Source of the DNA: Macrostomum lignano
Taxonomy: Eukaryota
Assembly (NCBI GenBank): GCA_002269645.1
Contig: NIVC01000349.1
Location: 62,001 to 126,000, forward strand
DNA length: 64,000 bases
Direction of reading: 5' to 3'
In this document: positions 27,261 to 37,525 of the stretch, piece by piece
How the letters are laid out: each line of letters starts with the position of its first letter
Numbering within the stretch: position 1 is the first letter of the stretch
Program-made: the position numbers and the translations under genes
The notes under the pieces: generated by a model
The model's database searches: none
What the model was told of the DNA's origin: nothing
What the model saw: the letters and a program-made list of their open reading frames with translations, nothing else

Positions 27261-27716
27261 GACCTCATCTCGGAGACGGGCATCACCTATCAGATTGTGT
27301 CCAGCATTCCCCCAGCAACTGGGGAAGTGGAGGACCGCAAGTCCCTGGCAGTGCTGGCCGCAGCCTCATCAGACGCCATCAGCTCCCTGGCAGCTGGAGG
27401 CTCGGCAGAGAACTCAAGCAGCTGCTCACTGCTGGCCGAGTCCTCCGCCATCGGCGACTCCAAACTGACTGACGGAAATTCCGCCGCTCCCGGGTCAGCC
27501 GCCTCATCTGCCGCAGGTGCCTCATCAAACGGAAGCTGGAAACCAGCTCAGCCGGACAGTGAGACCTACATCAAGCAGTACCTGAGCGCAGTGTCGGCTG
27601 TTGAGTACTTCCTTCGGGAGGAGAAGGCCCGGCAGGAGGCTGCGGTGAAATTCTCCAAGAATGCAAAAACCAGAGCGACCAGAAAGTCCATGCAGGTCAT
27701 GGGCGCGGACGGTGGG
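27261..27716 (+). CDS. KIF13: KIF13-like exon: end of stalk domain
   Basis: DLISETGITYQIVSSIP...EVEDRKSLA...SETYIKQYLSAVSAVEYFL...RQEAAVK. Phase 0/0, donor GTGAGT at 27717. Confidence 0.85.
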
Positions 27717-27988
27717 GTGAGTTGCGGCTGTGTGGGTTTCTGTGCGGCCGTTTAGAGTAGGATAAACTGTTTATGGACTGTTTATATCATAAGATAAACA
27801 GTTTATATCATGATAGCCAAGCCAGGGTTTTCACCATAGATACGTTAATAAGGTTTTAAGAAGGTAAGATATTCGTAAGTAAAATTTACCAAGTATATTA
27901 AAAACGGTCTTAAAATGTTTTACTTGGCTACTCATCACAGTCAGTCAGTAGCTAATATCGAACATGATTTCGCTACGCCAAATTTCAG

Positions 27989-28214
27989 CAAATGATTCGA
28001 TCCGTATCGCTTGGCTCGCTGAGTCTGCTCAAATTAAATGAGCCCGGCTATCTTGCCGGTGGTCAGGCAGCCTCTGTCGCCGCGGCCGCTGGCGGGCCGC
28101 CGGTCCCCCCGCAGCAGCAGCAGCCGCAGCAGCAGCCCAGCGCTTCTGTGCAGAACCTGCACGCCGCACTGCGCAGAGCCGAACCGCCGAGCGCTCTGAT
28201 TGGCCCAGTTGGCA
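27989..28214 (+). CDS. KIF13: KIF13-like exon: low-complexity tail (Ala/Gln/Pro)
   Basis: TTTCAG acceptor, open frame QMIRSVSLGSL...IGPVG, donor GTAAGT at 28215. Phase 0/1 fits the neighbours; little sequence conservation to confirm. Confidence 0.7.
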
Positions 28215-28289
28215 GTAAGTGTGCGAGCCTGTGCGTGCGTGCCTGTGATCACGGGTTCGAATTCGGGATCTGTGCGCTGCTTGGGGAAC

Positions 28290-28942
28290 CCTCTGTACCC
28301 TCTCCTGTCCTCTCTGTACCCTCTGCTGTCCACTCTGTACCCTCTCCTGTCCTCTCTGTTCCGTCTCATGTCCCCTCTGTACCCTCTCATGTCCCCTCTG
28401 TACCCTCTCATGTCCCCTCTGTACCCTCTTCTGTCCCTCTGTACCCTCTGGTGTCCCCTCTGTACCCTCTCCTGTCCCCTCTGTACCCTCTCCTGTCCCC
28501 TCTGTACCCTCTTCTGTCCCTCTGTACCCTCTCCTGTCCCCTCTGTACCCTCTTGTGTCCCCTCTGTACCCTCTCCTGTCCTCTCTGTACCCTCTCATGT
28601 CCCCTCTGTACCCTCTTGTGTCCCCTCTGTACCCTCTCCTGTCCTCTCTGTACCCTCTCCTGTCCCCTCTGTACCCTCTTGTGTCCCCTCTGTACCCTCT
28701 CCTGTCCTCTCTGTACCCTCTCCTGTCCTCTCTGTACCCTCTCCTGTCCTCTCTGTACCCTCTCCTGTCCTCTCTGTACCCTCTCCTGTCCTCTCTGTAC
28801 CCTCTCCTGTCCTCTCTGTACCCTGCCCTGCCCCCTCTGTACCCTCTCCTGTCCCCTCTGTACCCTCTCCTGTCCTCTCTGTACCCTCTCCTGTCCTCTC
28901 TGTACCCTCTCCTGTCCTCTCTGTACCCTGCCCTGCCCCCTC
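28290..28942. repeat. 20-bp minisatellite (CTCTGTACCCTCTCCTGTCC)
   Basis: Directly visible. Confidence 0.95.
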
Positions 28943-28958
28943 TACTGTTCACCTGTAG

Positions 28959-29020
28959 CAGCAGTTCTAAAACTCAACCTTAATCGGCCGTCTGCTTTTA
29001 GAACGCCCGGAGCCTCCTGA
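28959..29020 (+). CDS. Candidate alternative terminal (stop-containing) exon of KIF13
   Basis: Pyrimidine tract plus TAG/CAG acceptors. The only open phase (1) matches the upstream donor and reads AVLKLNLNRPSAFRTPGAS-stop. Confidence 0.4.
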
Positions 29021-29287
29021 AGGTATTGCATAAATTTTCAATTTAAGTAATTTAAGTTTTATATAATCTGTTTTACTAGATATTGTTAATCTTGAACAAG
29101 TACGCTGTTTTACCAACCCGAGCAGTTTTTAAATATTCTTTCGAACAGTTACTCATAAATATTAAATATTAAAAATCACAGTGTTCTTTAGCATGAGCTT
29201 GCGGTGCTGCAGAAGTTCCTGTCCTGTTTCATAAATTGCATCTTTTACTTTTATTTTCTAAATACGATTGCAGTGAGGGCAGCTGCT

Positions 29288-29960
29288 CCTCTTCTCTCAT
29301 CTCCCCTCTCTCATCTCTCCTCTCTCATCTCTCATCTCTCCTCTCTCATCTCTCATCTCCCCTCTCTCATATCTCCTGTCTCATCTCTCATCTCTCCTCT
29401 CTCATCTCTCATCTCTCATCTCTCATCTCCCCTCATCTCTCATCTCTCCTCTCTCCTCTCTCATCTCCCCTCTCTCCTCTCTCATCTCTCCTCTCTCATC
29501 TCCCCTCTCTCATCTCTCATCTCTCCTCTCTCATCTCTCCTCTCTCATCTCTCATCTTCCCTCTCTCATCTCTCATCTCTCATCTCCCCTCTCTCCTCTC
29601 TCATCTCTCCTCTCTCATCTCTCATCTCCCCTCTCTCATCTCTCCTCTCTCCTCTCTCATCTCCCCTCTCTCATCTCTCATTTCTCCTCTCTCCTCTCTC
29701 ATCTCTCCTCTCTCATCTCTCATCTCTCATCTCTCATCTCTCCTCTCTCATCTCTCATCTCTCCTCTCTCATCTCCCCTCTCTCATCTCTCATCTCTCAT
29801 CTCTCATCTCTCCTCTCATCTTTCCTCTCTCATCTCTCATCTCGCCTTTCTCATCTCTCCTCTCTTCTCTCTCTTCTCCCAACTCCCTCCTGATCTCTCT
29901 TGTCTTATCTCCCTCTTCTTTCTCTTTTCTCTTTTCTCTCTCCTCCATCTCCCACACATC
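29288..29960. repeat. CT-rich low-complexity tract (CTCAT/CTCCT); a similar tract lies at 48500-49470
   Basis: Directly visible. Confidence 0.9.
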
Positions 29961-30457
29961 TCTCAATCTCCCCACACCGCGCCCCCGATACCCTTTTTGA
30001 AGCGTTGTCTTTGAGCTTTGAACAAATTCTTACCCACAGTCCAGCAATGCCTTAAAAATCGCAATTTTCATATTCACAAGAATATCATGACAAGAAATCT
30101 TGTCCTGCCAACCTGTTTGCAGGCAGCCGCCCCAACTTTCTTAACTTGAACACGCAAAAGATTAGAAAGTACTGGCCAATAGGTAAATATTTGAATCGGC
30201 GCCAGAAATTCAGTTAATCAGCTGACGGAGTCGTGTTTTCTCACTCCGGTTTTATTTTGGCGCATCATTATTGATTTATTTTTCATTTTTACCCGAGAGA
30301 CTGCCGTCTGTGATATTTATGAGAACTCAGACTGCCGTCTCACTGCCCACCCCGTCCCCTCATGTCAGTCGTATTGCTCAAATATTTCTGTTGCAGTAGG
30401 CTGTCAGTGTTGTGAACTAACTGAAAACAGCTCATACTCAAGACGCTTGTGCTTTCT

Positions 30458-31550
30458 GAGTGAGACTGAGATACTCTGGGTAAGACTGAGATACTCTGGG
30501 TGGGACTGTGATACTCTTGGTGAGACTGAGATACTCTGAGTAAGACTGAGATACTCTGGGTAAGACTGAGATACTCTGAGTGAGACTGAGATACTCTGGG
30601 TAAGACTGAGATACTCTGAGTGAGACTGAGATACTCTTGGTGAGACTGAGGTACTCTGGGTGGGACTGAGATACTCTGGGTGGGACTAAGATACTCTGAG
30701 TGAGACTGAGGTACTCTGAGTGAGACTGAGATACTCTAAGTGAGACTGAGATACTCTGAGTGAGACTGAGATACTCTAAGTGAGACTGAGATACTCTGGG
30801 TGGGACTGAGATACTCTAAGTGAGACTGAGGTACTCTGAGTGAGACTGAGATACTCTAAGTGAGACTGAGGTACTCTGAGTGAGACTGAGATACTCTAAG
30901 TGAGACTGAGATACTCTGAGTGAGACTAAGATACTCTTGGTGAGACTGAGATACTCTAAGTGATACTGAGGTACTCTGGGTGAGACTGAGATACTCTGGG
31001 TGGGACTGAGATACTCTGGGTGAGACTGAGATACTCTGAGTGAGACTAAGATACTCTTGGTGAGACTGAGATACTCTGGGTGGGACTGAGATACTCTAAG
31101 TGAGACTGAGGTACTCTGAGTGAGACTGAGGTACTCTGGGTGAGACTAAGATACTCTTGGTGAGACTGAGATACTCTAAGTGAGACTGAGGTACTCTGGG
31201 TGAGACTGAGATACTTTAAGTGGACTGAGATACACTGGGTGAGACTGAAATACTCTGGGTGGGACTGAGATACTCTGAGTGAGACTGAGATACTCTGGGT
31301 GAGACTAAGATACTCTTGGTGAGACTGAGATACTCTAAGTGAGACTGAGGTACTCTGAGTGAGACTGAGGTACTCTGAGTGAGACTAAGATACTCTTGGT
31401 GAGACTGAGATACTCTAAGTGAGACTGAGGTACTCTAGGTGAGACTGAGGTACTCTGGGTGAGACTGAGATACTCTGGGTGGGACTGAGATACTCTGGAT
31501 GAGACTGAGATACTCTGAGTCAGTCTGAGATACTCTGAGTGAGTCTGAGA
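30458..31550. repeat. 20-bp minisatellite (GTGAGACTGAGATACTCTGA), partly re-duplicated at 32514-32750
   Basis: Directly visible. Confidence 0.95.
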
Positions 31551-31663
31551 TGATGCATCGCACGAGCTGCCTCAGCATCGCAGCAGCTCAGCATTAGTCC
31601 AGACTTACTAATGCCCTGCACCCAATTAGTGTATTAGCATTTTAACTCGCACTTTGTCACTTA

Positions 31664-32513
31664 CTATATGACTATGATAAGTACTTCCGGCGCCTCAGCC
31701 TAAGTAAAAAGGCTCTTACGCCACTAGAGATAATTTAGATTCCAGATTGGGAGTGTACTCATGTACACTAAAAGCCAAATTAGACTATAGAGGACTGTAC
31801 AGGGCAGTATCAAAAAACCAAACCTCCCCGGGGGACAGTGACAGCGGTTCGACGAACCAGTCAGGAAGCCCGTGCCCAAAAAACCAGGTTAGAAGGCCCC
31901 CAAAGCCTATTAGAGGTGGCCCGAAGGCCTAGAGCCGTGGCAACCATGCTGGGGCCGATCGCCCACCACCCCCGGGTACAAAACAAAAACCTCCCCGGGG
32001 CCAGAGGGGGTTGAGTGAACCATTCAGGGAAGCCCGTGCCTACTCCTGGGTTAGTTAAGCCAATGCCGGTCATTTGACCGCTCCCCACGGCCGTGGCAAC
32101 CCGAAGGAGCCTCCCCCCCAACTAAACCCCGGGTACTCTTGCCAACAGACAGTCTCTTATCTTTGAAGCGGCAGGAGGGCTAATCGCCGGGACTGTTTCA
32201 CCCTTTGCTTCGCCAACCCGCCATTTCTATTGTGACCGTGCCAACGGTCTCGTCCTGCTCAGACTCAGTCCTGGTTCTGGCACACTCCAGCTTTAATAGG
32301 GTCGCTGGCTGTACGCTCAGAGGGCGCCTGAGGGATACCGTCAGAGCACCTTGGTACAGGTATAGGCCTGCCTTCCTATACAGCTACCCACAGCCCCTCC
32401 CGATCCACTATTACCCTCCAACCCAGCCTACTCACTCATTACAAGCTTTCAGCCAGGCAGAGACAAGTTTCACAGAAGTGACTGCGGTTAGGCGTCTCTA
32501 TGCGAGACAAAAC
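31664..32513. mobile_element. 850-bp insert flanked by a 349-bp direct repeat (31315-31663 / 32514-32862); possible truncated retroposon
   Basis: Flanks are near-identical (one substitution seen); the insert is unique and more GC-rich than its surroundings. Confidence 0.5.
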
Positions 32514-33321
32514 CTTGGTGAGACTGAGATACTCTAAGTGAGACTGAGGTACTCTGAGTGAGACTGAGGTACTCTGAGTGAGACTAAGATACTCTTGGTG
32601 AGACTGAGATACTCTAAGTGAGACTGAGGTACTCTGGGTGAGACTGAGGTACTCTGGGTGAGACTGAGATACTCTGGGTGGGACTGAGATACTCTGGATG
32701 AGACTGAGATACTCTGAGTCAGTCTGAGATACTCTGAGTGAGTCTGAGATGATGCATCGCACGAGCTGCCTCAGCATCGCAGCAGCTCAGCATTAGTCCA
32801 GACTTACTAATGCCCTGCACCCAATTAGTGTATTAGCATTTTAACTCGCACTTTGTCACTTAATTATAATATATATAATTATATATTTCCATAAGTCGGA
32901 TCCGATATCTGACTATTGTGTTTATTTTGTTAGCCATGCAGTACTGTCAGTAGGTGAAATGCATATGAATCTATTTTAGCATGCCGCATGAACTGACAAC
33001 TCCTGTATCAGGTGCTTACTACTGTGAGTAGCAGTGCAGCATGCGGAAAGTAGGGAATCCAAACTCTCCCTTCCGGTTCAGGTTTCAGTCTGAAAGCCCA
33101 GAAGCGCGCTATGCTACTTAGGCTAAACAGTAGGCTAAATATGTACCAAATTGCGCGCTTTTCAGTAACTTGACCTTTATTTGTTCATTTTAGTTTAACT
33201 TTTTCAGTTTTTATTGCTCTTGTTCTTCTTTGTTATGAAGTTTGTGGCTTGATGGATTGCGAGTGAGAAGGTGGGAGAGAGGGTGTGAAGGGAGGGTGTC
33301 AGAGACAGATGTAAATAATGT

Positions 33322-33820
33322 TAGTGGATGTCAGACGGCATGACTGGTGAATGTCAGTGGATGTCAGACGGCATGACTGGTGAATGTCAGTGGATGTCAG
33401 ACGGCATGACTGGTGAATGTCAGTGGATGTCAGACGGCATGACTGGTGAATGTCAGTGGATGTCAGACGGCATGACTGGTGAATGTCAGTGGATGTCAGA
33501 CGGCATGACTGGTGAATGTCAGTGGATGTCAGACGGCATGACTGGTGAATGTCGGTGGATGTCAGACGGCATGACTGGTGATTGTCAGTGGATGTCAGAC
33601 GGCATGGCTGGTGAATGTCGGTGGATGTCAGACGGCATGACTGGTGAATGTCAGTGGATGTCAGACGGCATGACTGGTGAATGTTAGTGGATGTCAGACG
33701 GCATGACTGGTGAATGTCAGTGGATGTCAGACGGCATGACTGGTGATTGTCAGTGGATGTCAGACGGCATGACTGGTGAATGTCAGTGGATGTCAGACGG
33801 CATGACTAGTGAATGTCAGA
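33322..33820. repeat. 33-bp minisatellite (GAATGTCAGTGGATGTCAGACGGCATGACTGGT); shorter paralogs at 44612-44851 and 55345-55582
   Basis: Directly visible. Confidence 0.95.
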
Positions 33821-33836
33821 CGTCAGAGCTCTGCAG

Positions 33837-34287
33837 CCCCTCGCCCCCCTCCGCTCCCTTCCAACCCGGCGTCAGCAGCGGCCAAGAACCCCTGATCAGC
33901 CCGCTGTCCTCGCACCCTGCCGGAGTCCTTGGCGGAGCCGGAGGCAGCGGAGGCGGTGGCGCAGGAGGCACCGGAGGCGCAGGCGGGCTGATGTCGCGGT
34001 CCTCGCTGCTGCTGACTCCCATGAAGCCGCTGGCTGAGGAGGCCGCCAGCTTCGGCGGACACCGCGGCGGCCCCGGCGGCGACTTCCTCGGCGAGGCGGA
34101 CTTCCCCGACCGAGGCGGCGACGCGGCCTCTGAAGACAGCGACGGCGGTGACGGGGGCAGCCGGCGCCGGAATCCCTTCAACGAGGACTGCGGAGGGCGG
34201 ATGCGGAAGAGCAAGTCGGAGAGGGCACAGCTGACGCAGTCCATGTACCTGGACAGGGACACCTCGTGGGCGGCCTTCCAGCAGCAG
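33837..34287 (+). CDS. KIF13: KIF13-like penultimate exon, copy A (Gly/Ser/Pro-rich tail)
   Basis: Open frame ...LISPLSSHPAG...RRRNPFNED...WAAFQQQ, donor GTGAGG at 34288. One C shorter than copy B at 33889-33892; an alternative AG at 33825-33826 keeps it in frame. Confidence 0.7.
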
Positions 34288-34865
34288 GTGAGGATGTGAG
34301 GGAATCGGTCAGGTGGGATGTGAGGGAATCGGTCAGGTGGGATGTGAGGGAATCGGTCAGGTGGGATGTGAGGGAATCGGTCAGGTGGGATGTGAGAGAA
34401 TCGGTCAGGTGGGATGTGAGAGAATCGGTCAGGTGGGATGTGAGAGAATCGGTCAGGTGGGATGTGAGGGAATCGGTCAGGTGGGATGTGAGGGAATCGG
34501 TCAGGTGGGTTGTGAGGGAATCGGTCAGGTGGGATGTGAGGGAATCGGTCAGGTGGGATGTGAGGGAATCGGTCAGGTGGGATGTGAGAGAATCGGTCAG
34601 GTGGGATGTGAGGGAATCGGTCAGGTGGGATGTGAGGGAATCGGTCAGGTGGGATGTGAGAGAATCGGTCAGGTGGGATCTCAGTGGGGAATCAGTCAGG
34701 TGGGATGTGAGGGAATCGGTCAGGTGGGATCTGAGTGGGGAATCGGTCAGGTGGGATCTGAGTGGGGAATCAGTCAAGTGGGATCTGAGTGGGGAATCAG
34801 TCAGATGGGATCTGAGTGGGGAATCAGTCAGATGGGATCTGAGTGGGGAATCAGTCAGATGGGAT
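34288..34865. repeat. 24-bp (CAGGTGGGATGTGAGGGAATCGGT) grading into 27-bp (GGGATCTGAGTGGGGAATCAGTCAGAT) array; paralogs at 45314-45614 and 54587-54885
   Basis: Directly visible. Confidence 0.95.
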
Positions 34866-34885
34866 GTCAAACCTGCCGCTCTCAG

Positions 34886-35465
34886 GAGGTGCCGCAGCCC
34901 GTGGACTCCGCAGTCCTCGAGACCGCGCAGCCGCCACCCGCTGAGCCCCCGGAAGCTCCGTCGCCGACGCAGCCGCCGCCCCCGCCGGTGGGCACCGCGG
35001 CGGAGCAGCCGCCGGAGGCCGCGGAGGCCGGCGAAGGCGAGGGCCTTGTCCGCCTCACCCGCCTGCTGCAGAGCCCAAGCGCTCCGCCCAGAAGGCGCCG
35101 AACGGCGGAGGCGGTGACGAGGAGTTCTCCGACAGCGCGTCAGCCTTCGGCTCCCGACAGGACCTCAGCGGCTCCGGCAGGGTGGACACCGCGCCGCCAG
35201 CCTGGCTGAAGCCGGGTGAGCCGTGTCTGGTGCAGCAGCCGCAGGGCGCGAAGCTGCCGGGTCACGTGAGGTTCTGCGGCCCGACCCAGTTCGCGGCGGG
35301 CACCTGGGTGGGGGTGGAACTGGACCAGCCGAGGGCCGCAACGACGGCTCGGTGAAGGGCGTCAAGTACTTCAGGTGCAGGGCCCGGCACGGTCTGTTCG
35401 TCAGGCACGACAAGGTGCTGCAGCCGCAGAGGAGGGCGTGGCAGCAGATGAAGGCTGGAAAATGA
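34886..35465 (+). CDS. KIF13: KIF13-like terminal exon with CAP-Gly domain, copy A (apparent 1-bp frameshifts)
   Basis: CAP-Gly motif GHVRFCGPTQFAAGTWVGVELDQ/PEGRNDGSVKGVKYFRC is split across frames by missing C at ~35075 and ~35330 relative to copy B. Confidence 0.8.
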
Positions 35466-36367
35466 GGCTGCGGCTCTCGTGCCAGTTTGGAGTTCTCCAT
35501 CAGCCTCTCCATCAGCCTCTCCAGCTTCCTCATCAGTCTCTCCAGCTTCCCCATCAGCCTCTCCAGCTTCCCCATCAGCCTCTCCAGCTTCCCCATCAGC
35601 CTCTCCAGCTTCCCCATCAGCCTCTCCAGCTTCCCCATCGGCCTCTCCAGCTTCCCCATCAGCCTCTCCAGCTTCCCCATCAGCCTCTCCAGCTTCCCCA
35701 TCAGCCTCTCCAGCTTCCCCATCAGCCTCTCCAGCTTCCCCATCAGCCTCTCTCTTTTCCCAGTCTATGAGCCAAACCCCACTGAGACTGCAAGCTTCTC
35801 TGCTGCATCAGTGTCCAATTCCCATTGCTGATCACCTCAAGCAATGGTCAGTCACCTGTCAATCAAAGCCGATCAGCCTCGAGTCCCCACAACCAGTTTC
35901 AGTCCCAGCCAGTCCCCAGTTAATCTGCATTCATTCCCCAGTCACAGTTCTAACAATCTTCTCTGTTGCATAATCGAACTGATTTATTTATTGTGATGTA
36001 CTACTGATTCACAATTTGTTATAAGTAGTAAGTCATGCGTTTTGTGCGTCTTTTTTGTCACGCAGTTCTTCAGTCCCGAGGAAAGTATTCCATTAATTGC
36101 TGCTATTGGCCTTTTTTACGAATTGAAATTGCTTGTCAGTTTTGCTTTTTTATTTCCTGAGTTGGTTGCCTTCACCCCGGATGGCACTGCAGTCTGTCAG
36201 TATTTGTGTCACCTTCAGTACCTGCTGTTCGACTCCTTCATTCATTTGGTGATTTTGTCCCAAACCATGCGGTCTGTCCCGACCTGGACTGTCACCTCCC
36301 AATGTGATTGACATTGTCTGCGGATTAAAGCTTTTGTGTTTTTTTACCTGCATCTGCATTGACAACT

Positions 36368-36373
36368 AATAAA
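36368..36373 (+). terminator. Candidate polyadenylation signal of KIF13 copy A (paralogous site 47094-47099 in copy B)
   Basis: AATAAA ~900 nt after the CAP-Gly exon stop; motif match only. Confidence 0.3.
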
Positions 36374-36464
36374 TATGCGCTGATATACAACTCGTACTGA
36401 CTACTTAGCTAGTTTCAGAACACTTCAATACAGTCAGCCGCTGTTCTCTGAGTCTTTGTAGCTC

Positions 36465-37262
36465 AATATGTAAGATTACATGTAGCTCAATATGGAAGAT
36501 TACATGTAGCTCAATATGGAAGATTACATGTAGCTCAATATGGAAGATTACATGTAGCTCGATATGGAAGATTACATGTAGCTCAATATGGAAGATTACA
36601 TGTAGCTCAATATGGAAGATTACATGTAGCTCAATATGGAAGATTGCATGTAGCTCAATATGGAAGATTACATGTAGCTCAATGTGGAAGATTACATGTA
36701 GCTCAATATGGAAGATTACATGTAGCTCAATATGGAAGATTACATGTAGCTCAATATGGAAGATTACATGTAGCTCGATATGGAAGATTACATGTAGCTC
36801 AAAATGTAAGATTACATGTAGCTCAATATGGAAGATTACATGTAGCTCAATATGGAAGATTACATGTAGCTCAATATGGAAGATTACATGTAGCTCAATA
36901 TGGAAGATTACATGTAGCTCAATATGGAAGATTGCATGTAGCTCAATATGGAAGATTACATGTAGCTCAATGTGGAAGATTACATGTAGCTCAATATGGA
37001 AGATTACATGTAGCTCAATATGGAAGATTACATGTAGCTCAATATGGAAGATTACATGTAGCTCGATATGGAAGATTACATGTAGCTCAAAATGTAAGAT
37101 TACATGTAGCTCAATATGGAAGATTACATGTAGCTCAATATGGAAGATTACATGTAGCTCAATATGGAAGATTACATGTAGCTCAATATGAAAGTTTACA
37201 TGTAGCTCAATATGGGAGATTACTTGTAGCTCAATATGGAAGATTACATGTAACTCAATATG
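36465..37262. repeat. 24-bp minisatellite (CATGTAGCTCAATATGGAAGATTA); paralogs at 47185-48027 and, inverted, 52016-53022
   Basis: Directly visible; 8-aa periodic ORFs. Confidence 0.95.
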
Positions 37263-37525
37263 GATAATGTGGCATCTGGGTGGGGAATCAGTCAGATTTG
37301 GGATCTGGGAGATGGGATCACACGATTCAGCCACCCCAGCTCCCCAGTGGCCGAGTCAGTTCCTAAGCTGACATTCCAGTCTGTCCGGGCCCTCGGCTGA
37401 GCAGAAATTTCAGACGAGGTCATCAGTGAGAGCTTCGATTCTGGGCTGAATTTCGGCAGGAACCTTATTGCGAATATTGGTGAAAGTTTGGTGAAAGTTT
37501 CTGACTGTATATTACAGGTGAATCA

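Noticed and set aside
28201-28264. Pol III A-box (TGGCCCAGTTGG) and B-box (GGTTCGAATTC) like pair
   Set aside because: D-stem and T-stem do not pair, and the A-box is coding sequence of a KIF13 exon; not a tRNA, probably chance.
32055-32075. GCCAATGCCGGTC resembling part of a twister ribozyme; weak 5S rRNA-like words nearby
   Set aside because: The L4 (UCCYAAGC), P2 and GAGGR elements are missing and 5S spacing does not fit.
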